DNA of 64,000 nt from Macrostomum lignano (lineage: Eukaryota), in the NCBI GenBank assembly GCA_002269645.1, contig NIVC01000995.1, forward strand, positions 124,001-188,000, given 5' to 3'. Below, piece after piece: positions 11,862-25,800 of the stretch; the first letter of the stretch is position 1; every line of letters begins with the position of its first letter. The position numbers were made by a program, and so were the translations under genes. The notes below the pieces were generated by a model, which saw nothing but the letters and a program-made list of their open reading frames with translations, was not told where the DNA came from and made no database searches.

Positions 11862-12731
11862 TGTCAAAATCAGTGCCCAGGCCAGTTGTCTGATGTCAAA
11901 GCGCCAAAATCAGTGCCCAGGCCAGGTGTTTGATGTCAAAGCGCCAAAATCAGTGCCCAAAGCCAGGTGTTTGATGTCAAAGCGCCAAAATCAGTGCCCA
12001 AAGCCAGCTAGGTGTTTGATGTCAAAGCGCCAAAATCAGTGCCCAAAGCCAGGTGTTTGATGTCAAAGCGCCAAAATCAGTGCCCAAAGCCAGCTAGGTG
12101 TTTGATGTCAAAGCGCCAAAATCAGTGCCCAAAGCCAGCTAGGTGTTTGATGTCAAAGCGCCAAAATCAGTGCCCAAAGCCAGCTAGGTGTTTGATGTCA
12201 AAGCGCCAAAATCAGTGCCCAAAGCCAGTTGTCTGATGTCAAAGCGCCAAAATCAGTGCCCAAAGCCAGCTAGGTGTTTGATGTCAAAGCGCCAAAATCA
12301 GTGCCCAAAGCCAGGTGTTTGATGTCAAAGCGCCAAAATCAGTGCCCAAAGCCAGGTGTTTGATGTCAAAGCGCCAAAATCAGTGCCCAAAGCCAGCTAG
12401 GTGTTTGATGTCAAAGCGCCAAAATCAGTGCCCAAAGCCAGGTGTTTGATGTCAAAGCGCCAAAATCAGTGCCCAAAGCCAGGTGTTTGATGTCAAAGCG
12501 CCAAAATCAGTGCCCAAAGCCAGCTAGGTGTTTGATGTCAAAGCGCCAAAATCAGTGCCCAAAGCCAGGTGTTTGATGTCAAAGCGCCAAAATCAGTGCC
12601 CAAAGCCAGCTAGGTGTTTGATGTCAAAGCGCCAAAATCAGTGCCCAAAGCCAGGTGTTTGATGTCAAAGCGCCAAAACCAGTGCCCAAAGCCAGCTAGG
12701 TGTTTGATGTCAAAGCGCCAAAATCAGTGCC
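11862..12731. repeat. 41/45-bp minisatellite (GTGTTTGATGTCAAAGCGCCAAAATCAGTGCCCAAAGCCAG +/- CTAG)
   Basis: About 20 units in two length classes. Confidence 0.95.
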
Positions 12732-13856
12732 AGTTCGCTAGCAGTTAACTTTCTATCCAGATGTACATGTACTTATCTAGAACTCCTTGGCAAACGTTGG
12801 AGTTCGTGGCCGCATTCCTATCGCTTCTCTATTACTGGCCGGGTGCATTGTGCGCCAGCCCTCCCAGTTCGGTCTGCAGTGCTGCTATAAAATAACTACT
12901 CGCCCCACCCACAAACAAACACTTCAATGCCGGCCGGCGCGCTCTGGTAACCAGGAGCAACCAGACTATATAGGTGGAATGCGAAAGCTAAAACTCTTTC
13001 TCTCTCTTTCTCTCTCTCTGTAGCGAGCGTGAAAATTCCCATCAATCTGCATTGGCAACTTGTGCGCTGGGCGACCCTCCCCCCCCCTACCGTAACAAAG
13101 TTCTAAGTGCAGTTAAACTCTTGCAGTGAGCAAGCGGCAGAGTCACCGTGACTCCTTCCTCTCTGTCTTCTTATTATCTGTTCTCCTCTGTGTGTCTGCG
13201 GTGCGCACGCTTGCACAGCATGGCTAGGCCAGGGCCTATAGGCGCTGGCACATAGAGATACCACCTGACAGCTCAATTGCTTCCACTTGTGCCCTCATTT
13301 TGCCGATGCTTTAAGTGCAGGCTCGTCGAACTTTTCGTTTATTTATTGACGGAAGAAATAAAATCCAAGGCAGGATTTGTTTAATCGAACTCTGATCCAG
13401 TCAGTTATTTTATTCAATTTATAAGCAAAAAATGCTCAGAAAATTTGCGATTGAATACAATCGGCGGCACTTTTTTAGACTTTCAATTGTGAGCAATTAG
13501 TGAGCAATGAGAAACAGCTGAGAGCCGAGCTCACTTGAGGTCAGGAGGGCACAAGCGGTATGAGCAGCTGGAGGTCATATGAACTGTGTAAAGATGTGGG
13601 TTGTGACTGGTTTGCGCGTGAAGCAAGCTGAATAAACATGCACAAATTTAAAATAATGTAAATTTCAAAGACAACTTCGCGGAATAATTGAGTTGGTTGG
13701 CCAGCGCAATTACAAAGCCAGTTTCCTAGCTGAGTTCAACTATTCATTGATGATGTAGAGAGTACAGCATCACAGCATCATAGCAACGCTAATTAGCGAG
13801 AGCAGCACAAGAGTTAAACTGTCAAATTTGGTGTAACGGCCGGAGCGGAGGACACT

Positions 13857-14150
13857 TCAGCACTTCAGGCTGGGCGGCGGCTTCTTGCCCTGCTTCCGGT
13901 ACAGGTTGCACTGGTAGGCTCGCATGAGCACGTTCTCAGGTCCGCGTCGCTTTCGGCTGAGCAGTGCTGCCGCTGGGGACTCGGAATCCGGCCGCTGCCG
14001 CATCAAGTAGGTCTCGCTGGCGGCCGAGTTGCGGTTCAGCTCCAGTCGCAGAGCCCCGGATGGAGACAGGGCCACAGCGTCCAGTGTGGCGATGCACAGG
14101 GCCATGGTGAATACCAGAGCAATGAGAAGGCTGCCGTTTAATCGTTGCAT
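13857..14150 (-). CDS. Secreted prepropeptide, 97 aa (signal peptide - propeptide - RKRR - 28-aa 2-Cys peptide)
   Basis: Intronless ORF with hydrophobic N-terminus (LLIALVFTMALCIATLDA), furin-type RKRR site and mature GPENVLMRAYQCNLYRKQGKKPPPSLKC. TATAAAT at 14274-14280 (-); AATAAA-type signals (plus-strand TTTATT) near 13340 and 13410. Confidence 0.7.
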   Translation of the reverse strand: MQRLNGSLLIALVFTMALCIATLDAVALSPSGALRLELNRNSAASETYLMRQRPDSESPAAALLSRKRRGPENVLMRAYQCNLYRKQGKKPPPSLKC

Positions 14151-14273
14151 GTCTGCTGTCTGCTTTCTTGCTCCTTTGTTGTTTTGTCTTCTTTTGCCTT
14201 TTGCGTCTGACTGGCAGTTGCGAATGAGTTCGTAGAAAAGTGGAGGGCTTGGAGGCCGCCGCCGGGGCCTCGC

Positions 14274-14280
14274 ATTTATA
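14274..14280 (-). promoter_or_regulatory. TATA box of the prepropeptide gene
   Basis: TATAAAT in GC-rich context about 125 bp upstream of the ATG at 14150. Confidence 0.5.
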
Positions 14281-14784
14281 GCCGGCGTTGGAAGGGGGTG
14301 GGGCAGGGGGGGGCAGTGTTCTATTTTTAGCTCCTCCCCCGCCAGCCAGCGTCAGTTCTGAAGCTGCTGTGCCCAACCGTCTGCTGTGCTGTTGTGTGCT
14401 GTGTGTGGAGGCGTGGGAAGTGCTGAAGTGACTCAGGCAGCCCCCCAAAAAATTGGGACTTGACAAGAGATTCTGGACCAAAAATCTGGAGTAACTGGAG
14501 TATGTATCCAATTTGTCACACACGTCACCTTGTCATACTTAAGTTTTCTAAACTAAATTAGAACAGCTATACTAGCTACTGTATTTTGTTAAAATTTGTA
14601 GCTTCTGTAGCTTGTAGATTTTAAGCTTTCAAATCAGTGTTTTCCTGTAGCAGGAATCGCAAAACTCCGGCCCATGAAGCCCTCTCTATCCGGCACTGTC
14701 GGGTCCTTTGAAACTTCACAATAGCAATTCGGCCCGATAAAGGCTTGTTTCTCTTCTGAGTTTTTTCCCCTAATCTCCTCTTTT

Positions 14785-15127
14785 TTCTCATCTCCCATCT
14801 CCTCTCTCCTCCTCTCCCCTCTCCCAACTCGTCTCCTCTCCTCTCTCTCCTCCCTCACTTCTCTCTCCCCTCCTCTCCCTTCTCCCCTCCTCTTTCCCCT
14901 CTCTCCTCCTCTCCCCTCTCCCAACTCGTCTCCTCTCCTCTCTCTCCTCCCTCACTTCTCTCTCCCCTCCTCTCTATCTCCTTTCTCCCCTTCTCTATCT
15001 TCTCTCTCCCCTCCTCTCCCTTCTCCCCTCCTCTTTCCCCTCTCTCCTCCTCTCTCTCCCCTCCTCTCCCGTTCTCTCCTACTTTCACTTCTCTCTCCTC
15101 TCTCCTCTCCTCTCCACTCTCCTCTCT
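14785..15127. repeat. CT-rich polypyrimidine tract with an internal ~97-bp duplication
   Basis: Direct inspection. Confidence 0.85.
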
Positions 15128-15969
15128 CTGACCCGCAGTCCTGTGCTAGGTTCTCTATCTGCCCTTAAGTTGAAAATAGTTTACCGGCCCCTGCCCTATA
15201 GCATCATTACCATTTTTTAGTATTTGGATTATGATCATTTTTGTTGAAAATTGTAAAACGTTAAAATATGCCTAGTCGTATTGCATGTAAGTGGCTGGAT
15301 GAAAATGAGGATTTTATGTGGGATGGAGAGTTGTCAACTCCAGACACTGGTTTAAAGTTTCCTTGGACTTGCCAATAAAGGAGAGGTGCGAGAGAGAGAC
15401 GGGGGGTGAAATAGTGTGACACTCTGCACCTGAATAGATGGAAAATCCAGTTCTATAAAGCCAACAGCCAACCAACGCCACCTTAGTGACCGTCTGGGCC
15501 TGTCCGTCACCTGGCAGACTTAGTTTCCCATACCTAAATCCCTTCCTTCTCCATGGGAACGGCAAATGCAGTGGCTGCTATGTGAAGCTGCAGGTGCAGA
15601 GTTTTGGGTGAGGATTTTAACACTTTTGGAGACGTGGTGCAACTTAAAGCTTGGCTGACTCACGTTTTAACTGAACTCCTGGCCCAAGGTGGACTCAAGC
15701 TCAGGGTGTTAAAATAGTATTAAAGAGAATTTTCATGTGGATCTGGAATTAACAACTGTTCTCTCTAATTTTCTCAAATCATTTCCGTTTTTGGTTCTGT
15801 TTGTCGGAAATTAGGGGTAAAAAATTGCATTGAAATGTAAATAGACCTATTTATGAGATTCTGCGCAGCCAGTCACTTGCGGCTTGTTACAATTTGTCTT
15901 GGAAAATCTTCCCGCAGACGAGCAATTAGAAAATTTCTATATTTTTTTATTTCAAATTACATGTACACA

Positions 15970-16745
15970 TGTCTCTTGTGGGCCGCTAACTGTCTCTTGG
16001 TGGGTGCCCCTGTCTCTTGGTGGGCCGCTAACTGTCTCAGTTAGGGTGCCCCTGTCTCTTGGTGGGCCGCTAACTGTCTCTTGTTGGGTGCCCCTGTCTC
16101 TTGGTGGGCCGCTAACTGTCTCTTGGTGGGTGCCCCTGTCTCTTGGTGGGCCGCTAACTGTCTCTTGGTGGGTGCCCCTGTCTCTTGGTGGGCCGCTAAC
16201 TGTCTCTTGGTGGGTGCCCCTGTCTCTTGGTGGGCCGCTAACTGTCTCAGTTAGGGTGCCCGTCTCTTGGTGGGCCGCTAACTGTCTCTTGTTGGGTGCC
16301 CCTGTCTCTTGGTGGGCCGCTAACTGTCTCTTGGTGGGTGCCCCTGTCTCTTGGTGGGCCGCTAACTGTCTCTTAGTGGGTGCCCCTGTCTCTTGGTGGG
16401 CCGCTAACTGTCTCTTGGTGGGTGCCCCTGTCTCTTGGTGGGCCGCTAACTGTCTCAGTTAGGGTGCCCCTGTCTCTTGGTGGGCCGCTAACTGTCTCTT
16501 GGTGGGTGCCCCTGTCTCTTGGTGGGCCGCTCACTGTCTCTTGTTGGGTGCCCCTGTCTCTTGGTGGGCCGCTAACTGTCTCTTGGTGGTGCCCCTGTTT
16601 ATTGGTGGGTCCCCTTTCTCTTGGTGGGTGCCCCTTTCTCTTGGTGGGTGCCCCTTTCTTTTGGTGGGTGCCCCCTTTCTCTTGGTGGGTGCCCGTATTT
16701 CTTGGTGAGTACCCCTGTCTCTTGATTAGCGCCCCTGTCTCTTGA
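15970..16745. repeat. 42-bp dimeric minisatellite (GTCTCTTGGTGGG core)
   Basis: Direct inspection; degenerates toward the 3' end. Confidence 0.93.
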
Positions 16746-17920
16746 TGGGCGCCCTCAGTCTCTTGGCTTGATTTTGGATGCCAAAAAGAAATGCGGCGAC
16801 AACTTCCTTTGTTGGCAATCAGTATCGTATAATACATTCAATGCGAGCTCTTAGCCCAGCCATTCAATCCGCCGACGCCCCGCCCACGCACTGCATGGGC
16901 TGACGCATGCGCACTAACCAACAGCCAACTGACAGCTCAACTCACTGTTCATGAGCAGCTTTCATATCGATTTGGAGGGCAAATTGCCAAAAGTTTATAG
17001 AGCTCCGCATTCCGCAATGAAGAAAACCCGGTGCATGCAAACAGGTGAGCACTGTGTGTGTGTGTGTGTGTGTGTGTGTCAACCCGCCCACTGGAACAGC
17101 AAACAGACTTTGTGCAATATAAAACTGTTTGCGCGATAAACTCTTATCATTAATGATGAGATACTGCATAGTTGTATACGAGCTACTTATAATAAATAAT
17201 GTATTTTCATTTTGAACTAAAATCATTAAATAGACGAAACCTACAGCAGAATATATTTTGGGACAGTGCCAATTAGGGACTAATACCATTATCTTCATCA
17301 CTGACTATAATTCAATAAAAATTCATGTAAAATGAAAGCTGAAATCAGCTCCCAGTGTTAGTTATAAACCAGCCAATGCTGCGAGTCCGTGTGTACACAT
17401 AATAACAATATAATTATCCCACATTAGTATTGAATATTTATTATGATATTATTTATAAATAGATTTATATAGAAGTGTTCTAAACCGCAACAATACACAA
17501 GTGTATTCATTGATATCCTGCTACTAAACAGTTCGCTATCAGCAAGGTTGCAGCAATGTACACATGTGCATATGCCATTTGAGTTAAGCGATGAAGAACA
17601 TCAATCAAGGTAAAAACACAAATTTAATAAGACATGCTGCGATCGCGTTAAGAATTATCAAATTAATTTCAACTAGAAAGCATGCGAATAATCAGATAGC
17701 CATTGGGATAATGGAGCTCAGGACGAGAGCAGATCAGGAATATTATTCGGAAAATAATTAGAAAGAAACAATATAAGACAAAAATCAAAGTCACAGTCTC
17801 TGAGGAAGGACAAGGAGCAATTCCAGTCACTCACAAACGGGGGAAGAAAGACAATGCTGAATAAGTGCCAGATAAGTTGATAAGTAGCTACGACTTCGCG
17901 GGTTCAGAGAGATGTGAAAT

Positions 17921-18530
17921 CATAATAATCCCATTTTGGGATATTTTAGGCTGTCAACTCAAACAGGGAGATATGGAACCATAATAATCCCATTTTGGGA
18001 TTTTTAGGCTGTCAACTCAAACAGGGAGATATGGAACAATAATAATCCCATTTTGGGATATTTTAGGCTGCCAACTCATACAGGGAGATATGGAACCATA
18101 ATAATCCCATTTTGGGATATTTTAGGCTGTCAACTCATACAGGGAGATATGGAACAATAATAATCCCATTTTGGGATATTTTAGGCTGTCAACTCATACA
18201 GGGAGATATGGAACCATAATAATCCCATTTTGGGATATTTTAGGCTGTCAACTCATACAGGGAGATATGGAACCATAATGATCCCATTTTGGGATATTTT
18301 AGGCTCCCAACTCACACAGGGAGATATGGAACCATAATGATCCCATTTTGGGATATTTTAGGCTGCCAACTCACACAGGGAGTTATGGAACCATAATAAT
18401 CCCATTTTGGGATATTTTAGGCTGCCAACTTATACAGGGAGATATGGAACCATAATAATCCCGTTTTGGGATATTTTAGGCTGCCAACTCATACAGGGAG
18501 ATATGGAACCATAAGAATCCCATTTTGGCA
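17921..18530. repeat. 59-bp minisatellite containing ATCCCA-TTT-TGGGAT
   Basis: About 10 units. Confidence 0.93.
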
Positions 18531-19424
18531 TATTCTAGGTCCTCAGCCCCTATGGTAAGACAGGGAATAGTGAAAATCCCATTTAGGATAAGTAAAACAG
18601 CACAATACAGAAGCGACAAGGTTAGACGCGGATCAGAAGGCGCAGGTGAGTCTGTATTTTTTTTAGCGCGGAATTATTAAATCGATCACAAGCCAACAAA
18701 TACGCATTATATATAAGCAATAGCATATATATAATCTATTCTACATTCGAATAGCAAGTCCTGAATATTGCTTAGAGAATGGGAGAGCTTAGACAACAGA
18801 AGTGGCACTGATAAGAGGAGGGCTTGCAGCGGCCAGGCGAGCCAACGTGAGGCTCACGTTGAACCTTTTTTAACTGACCAATATACATGAACGTGTTCCC
18901 ATTGAAGACTCGCACATCGAAAACACAATTAGGTGTACATAGCAAGGCACCACCTGCGTCAGCCGCTGGCCGCTGCTTCATAGCGCTTCAAATAGAAACA
19001 TCGCTTACGCCTACTAAATCAACTTACAGATACAAGTCTGAATTGTAGAAAAATAAAAAAGCGCACAAAATGTCTATAAATAGGAATATCCATACAACAC
19101 GGTGTTAGCAATATTATCATATAGTAATTGTGCCCCCATTGAAGTAACTGTGTTTTACTCGGCCATACTGTTACACATAGCAATAATCTATATCGGACAG
19201 CATTACAAACCCCTGCACACGCTCTGGATACGGGCAAGAAGCATCGGAGGCGCTGGCAAAAGTGCATGTAGCAATCGCGATTGGAGAATGCGCAAACAAT
19301 TCGGGGAAAAAGCAACACTGCAAAGCTAATAATAGGGAAATCACAATGGGATGATTATTGTTTGCTTGCCGCAGTCTGCAGTTCTCACAGCCCAGCTGGA
19401 TCAGTGCGCGGGTCTTTGGCGCGC

Positions 19425-19590
19425 TAGACAGACACACAGACAGGTGGACAGACGGACAGATGGACAGACAGACAGACAGGCAGGCAGACAGACAGACACA
19501 GACAGACAGACGGACAGACAGGCAGAGAGACATACAGACAAACAGACAGACAGACAGGCAGACATACAGACAAACAGACAGACAGACAGG

Positions 19591-19645
<55 letters not shown>

Positions 19646-19739
19646 CCAGCCAGGCAGACAGACAGCCAGGCAGACAAAAAGACAGGCAGACAGACAGACA
19701 GACAGACAGGCAGACAGGCAGACAGGCAGACAGACAGAA

Positions 19740-19776
<37 letters not shown>

Positions 19777-19780
19777 GGCG
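19425..19780. repeat. (GACA)n microsatellite just 3' of the USP32 stop
   Basis: Direct inspection. Confidence 0.92.
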
Positions 19781-19801
19781 GTCAGTGAGTCGGGACGGGC
19801 A

Positions 19802-22800
19802 TCACTGCAGGCTGCACATCTTGCGCATCTCGGTGTCCACCTCGTCCTCCTGAATCGGTCCCTCGCACGGCGCCCTCCCGGTGACATCCGGCAGCAGTTT
19901 CTCCAATTTAGTATCGTCCCGCTCGTAGAATAACAAATAGGCGGTTGTCATGTCCACTTGGTCCTCAGACACCGGCTGCAATGTGGCGTGAATGTGAATA
20001 AGTGTGCAAAGTAATTTGTAGAAAGACTGAGAGTAGACAGATAGAGTACAGAGTGGACTGAAGGAGTCAAGAGTGGACTGAGAGATTAGAGAGTGAACTG
20101 AGAGAGTAGAGAGTGGATTGAGAGAGTAGAGAGTGGACTGAGAGAGTAGAGAGTGGACTGAGAGAGTAGAGAGTGGACTGAGAGAGTAGAGAGTGGACTG
20201 AGAGAGTAGAGAGTGGATTGAGAGAGTAGAGAGTGGACTGAGAGAGTAGAGAGTGGACTGAGAGAGTAGAGAGTGGACTGAGAGAGTAGAGAGAGAAAGA
20301 GTATAGAGTGGATCGAGCGAGTGGATAGTGGATCAAGAGAGTAGATAGCCGACACTGTAGAGAGTAGATGAACTGAAGAGTAACTAACACGTGTAAAAGC
20401 ACATTAGCATAGTAATGAGATAATTTTGGCAGACGCCCACCTTGACAGAGCTGTCATTGAACAGGTACCACTGGCCGGTGGAGTTTCTCGCATAGGACAC
20501 ATAATGGCCGCCGCCCAGTATGCCAGAGTGGCAGATCACAGCGTAGAGATGGTATTGGGCATCGTCTGTGGCGGCGGGCGCCCCGGGACTGGCGTGCGGC
20601 TGCAGCCGGAGACCGCGAGTAGGACAGGTGACCACTTTGTGCGACTTCACCCACCGATTAGCCACGAAGTGGAAGCGTTTGAGGTGCAGAATGAGAATGG
20701 GAGGCAGGCGCCATAGCCGCATGGCCAGGCTGGCAGTGCGGTGCTCGCGGCATTTGGAGCAGAAATAGGTGTCCTTGTCGTTAAGCTCCTCGACGCGGGT
20801 GAAGGCGCGAAAGCAGGCGTCCAGGTTCATTGGCTCGGCGACAACCTTGATAAAGAATAGAAAGTCGCATTCTCCTACTTATTAACAATAATAAAGAAAC
20901 CAAGAGAGTTAAAGACTATCATACATGGGCACGGGACAGTGTCATGGACGCCTCTAGGTAGAAATGGGACAGTGTCAAGGATATCTAAATGAACACTGGA
21001 CAGTGTCCAGGGCACGGAACGGAAGCGCAACAGTGCCAGGGACGCCTATATGAACACGGAACGGGTGCGAACTCTAAGGACGCCTATATGAACACGGAAC
21101 GGGTGCCAACTCTAAGGACGCCTATTATGAGCACGGAACGGGTGCCAAGGACGCCTATATGAACATGGAACGGGTGCCAAGAACGCCTATATTTACATGG
21201 AACGGGTGCCAAGGACGCCTATATGAACACGGACGGGTACCAAGGACGCCTGAGTGGATATGGCGACACCTAGACAGACATTATTGAATCCTAGAACGAC
21301 ACAGGACCGTTTTAAGGGTGACTAGGTTATGAGACGCCTAAGCCAGTTATAAGCATTATTACGAGATCGTGAACTATAGCAGCAACCCTAAACAAAGAAG
21401 CTTACAACCCAAGCTGCAAACCTTTTGCAATTGCTGCAAAGATGGATCAGTAGCAAAGTCCCTCTCTAGCGAGGCCTGATAGCGCAGGTGCAAAGCTGTA
21501 TGCTCCCAGTCTACAGCCAGATGGTCAGAGCGTGACGTGTCATAGATGGAATCGTCGCACGGCACAAGGCAGCCGCGGCAGAACCGGTACCAGGGACACA
21601 GGGCGCAGGCCAGACCGGTGCTATTGATGCACTTCACCTGGAATGGATACTCGCCGGAGGCGCCCACCATGTCGCCTAAGGTGGCGTGATTGGAATGGGG
21701 AAACTCCGGCTTGGGAGTTACAAGGCGCTTCACCTGCGGGATCGATGTTGATGTAGGATGTTAAGCGTTCCGAATAAGTGGTCCGCTAATCCCTTATAAT
21801 ACCTGGGTAATCAGAGGTCCGCTAATCCCTTATAATACCTGGGTAATCAGAGGTCCGCTAATCCCTCATAACACCTGGGGAGTCAGAGGGCCGCTAATCC
21901 CTCATAACACCTGGGGAGTCAGAGGTCCGCTAATCCCTCATAACACCTCGGGAGTCAGAGGGCCGCTAATCCCTCATAACACCTGGGGAGTCAGTGGGCC
22001 GCTAATCCCTTATAACACCTGGGGAGTCAGTGGGCCGCTAATCCTTTATAACACCTGGGGAGTCAGTAGTCCGCTAATCCCTTATAACACCTGGGGAGTC
22101 AGTAGTCCGCTAATCCCTCACAACACCTGGGGAGTCAGTGGGCCGCTAATCCCTCATAACACCTGGGGAGTCAGTGGGCCGCTAATCCCTCATAACACCT
22201 GGGGAGTCAGTGGCCCGCTATCCCTCATAACAAAACACCTGGGGAGTCATTAGTCCGCTAATCCCTCATAACACCTGGGGAGTCAGTGGGCCGCTAATCC
22301 CTCATAACACCAGGGGATTAGCCAATTCGCACAACAGCTCACCTGCATCCAAATGCAGCGATAAACGTCGGAGTTCTTCATCCCGGGCAGCAGAGGCAGC
22401 ACGCATGGCAGGCTAAACAGAGACAGCCTGGTTTTGTGATAAGATAGAAAGTACACATCCATGCGAACCTGCTTTCGATGATACACTAGAGCAAATCCCA
22501 GAGTTCTAGACATCAACGCGGACGATGAGGATGACTGCAGGCTTTGTGTCTGCTGCTGATCGGGCAACTGCTCGGCCAGGCTGTTCACTGAGCTGTTCCT
22601 TGACAGCTGGCTGTTGGCGCTGGGGCCATTGCTGCCGTTGCAAACTGGCTGACGGGTAGCCGGGGTCACGGCTGGGGTCACGGCCGGGGTCACGGACACG
22701 ATCGGCACAGCTGACGGCATCAGGTAGGCGAATAGCGAACTACCAGAAGCCAAATATTTAATCTGTTGCTCGTCCGATGGGAAGTTCTGCCGAGATTTAA

Positions 22801-25800
22801 AACAATTGAGTTAAAAAATGCGTTACTTGCTACTAATGAGTAGTAGTGCGATCAATCCAAAAATACAACGCTAACCAGCACAGTTGAAGAGATAACCGCT
22901 GCCAGCACAATGAGGCGCTGATCGATGCCGAACCTGTCTGACACCGCCTTCCGCACCTCGGCGTACTTGTCATCGTGATTCAGCAGCACGCCGAACCGGA
23001 CCGGCAGCCGCTCGTCTAGGAAGAACACTGCGGAGTGGGAAGGGCGGTGTGGGAGGACAACGACCGTTTATTGAGTAACTAATAAGGGCTTGCCGATATT
23101 TAACATCCTGATAACTAGTATCTCATCATCTAATACCTAATATCTTATCATCTGACCCCTAGTATCTCACCTAGTAGCTCACCTAGTATCGCATCATCTG
23201 ACACCTAGTATCTCACCTAGTAGCTCATCATCTCAACCTAGTATCTCACCTAGTATGATCATCTTAAACAGTATCTCATCATCTGAAACCCTAATACCTC
23301 ACATTAGCTCATTAATTAACTCACCGATAACCTCAATTAGCAGTGAGTTCTCCAGCGGCAGCGGCAGGGACAGCACCGAGAAGGGATCGAACTTAACGGA
23401 CGAATTCGAGCACACCTTGCACTGCACCTCGGTGCGCAATTGGCCGTGAAATAAATCGACAATAATACTCTGATTGCGGGCCAGGTGATTGTCCCAGCAT
23501 TCCGCTGCCACCTCGTCATCCGGGCGGCCGTCCGAGTCCTTCAGCTCGGTGTAGGGCTTCTCCTTCACCCGGTTCAGATCCTCGTGTAAGCCGTCGAGTA
23601 GGAAGCTGAGAAACTCTTGCGAGTCGTGCTGCTGATTGCCTGAGAACCTGCGCGAGTACCTGGCGATCGTCATCTGTAGGTATAGTGCGATGGAAAGTAG
23701 AACCATGTATTGTAGGAGACATGAATCATGTATTCTCTGTTACTTTGATCATGTATCATAAGACATGTATCATGTACTCTCTGTCATTTCGATCATGTAT
23801 CATCTGGCACATGAATCATGTATTCTCTGTCACTTCGATCATGTATCATCTGGCACATGAATCATGTATTCTATGTCACTTCAATCATGTAACATGTGGC
23901 ACATGAATCATGTATTCTCTGTCACTTCGATCATGTATCATCTGGCACATTAATCATGTATTCTATGTCACTTCAATCATGTATCATGTGGCACATGAAT
24001 CATGTATTCTCTGTCACTTCAATCATGTATCATGTGGCACATGAATCATGTATTCTCTGTCACTTCAATCATGTATCATCTGGCACATGAATCATGTACT
24101 CTCTGTCACTTCGATCATGTATCATCTGGCACATGAATCATGTATTCTCTGTCACTTCGATCATGTATCATGTGGCACATGAATCATGTACTCTCTGTCA
24201 CTTCGATCATGTATCATGTGGCATATGAATCATGTACTCGCTGTCACTTCAATCATGTATCATCTGGCACATTAATCATGTATTCTATGTCACTTCAATC
24301 ATGTATCATATGGCACATGAATCATGTATTCTCTGTCACTTCGATCATGTATCATGTGGCACATGAATCATGTACTCTCTGTCACTTCGATCATGTATCA
24401 TGTGGCACATGAATCATGTACTCTCTGTCACTTCAATCATGTATCATCTGGCACATGAATCATGTACTCTCTGTCACTTCGATCATGTATCATCTGGCAC
24501 ATTAATCATGTACTCTCTGTCACTTCGATCATGTATCATCTGGCACATGAATCATGTATTCTCTGTCACTTCGATCATGTATCATCTGGCACATTAATCA
24601 TGTATTCTATGTCACTTCGATCATGTATCATGTGGCACATGAATCATGTACTCGCTGTCACTTCGATCATGTATCATCTGGCACATTAATCATGTACTCT
24701 CTGTCACTTCGATCATGTATCATCTGGCACATGAATCATGTACTCTCTGTCACTTCGATCATGTATCATCTGGCACATGAATCATGTACTCTCTGTCACT
24801 TCGATCATGTATTATGTGGCACATGAATCATGTACTCTCTGTCACTTCGATCATGTATCATGTGGCACATGAATCATGTATTCTCTGTCACTTCAATCAT
24901 GTATCATCTGGCACATGAATCATGTACTCTCTGTCACTTCGATCATGTATCATCTGGCACATGAATCATGTACTCTCTGTCACTTCGATCATGTATCATC
25001 TGGCACATGAATCATGTACTCTCTGTCACTTCGATCATGTATCATCTGGCACATGAATCATGTACTCTCTGTCACTTCGATCATGTATCCTCTGGCACAC
25101 GAATCATGTACTCTCTGTCACTTCGATCATGTATCCTCTGGCACACGAATCATGTACTGTCTGTCACTTCGATCATGTATCATCTGGCACAAGAATCATG
25201 TATTCTCTCACTTCAATCATGTATCATCTGGCACATGAATCATGTATTATTTCACTTCGATCATGTATCATCTGGCACATTAATCATGTATTATTTCACT
25301 TCGATCATGTATCATCTGGCACAAGAATCATGTATTATTTCACTTCGATCATGTATCATCTGGCACATTAATCATGTACTCTCTGTCACTTCGATCATGT
25401 ATCATCTGGAACAAGAATCATGTACTCTCTGTCACTTCGATCATGTATCATCTGGCACAAGAATCATGTATTCTCTCACTTCAATCATGTATCATCTGGC
25501 ACATGAATCATGTATTCTCTCACTTCGATCATGTATCATCTGGCACAAGAATCATGTATTCTATGTCACTTCGATCATGTATCATCTGGCACATTAATCA
25601 TGTACTCTCTGTCACTTCGATCATGTATCATCTGGCCATTAATCATGTACTCTCTGTCACTTCGATCAAGTATCATCTGTCACAAGAATCATGTATTATT
25701 TCACTTCGATCATGTATCATCTGGCACATGAATCATGTACTCTCTGTCACTTCGATCATGTATCATGTGGCACATGAATGATGTATTATTTCACTTCGAT

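Noticed and set aside
14067-14150. Signal-peptide end of the prepropeptide checked together with its mature ring (13860-13910) for natriuretic-peptide homology (same 17-residue ring size, terminal Cys)
   Set aside because: Lacks the CFG and DRI motifs; only the ring size matches, so no homology is claimed
11862-18530. CRISPR-like regular repeats (41/45-bp, 42-bp and 59-bp arrays)
   Set aside because: Head-to-tail units with no unique spacers, no cas genes, eukaryotic context
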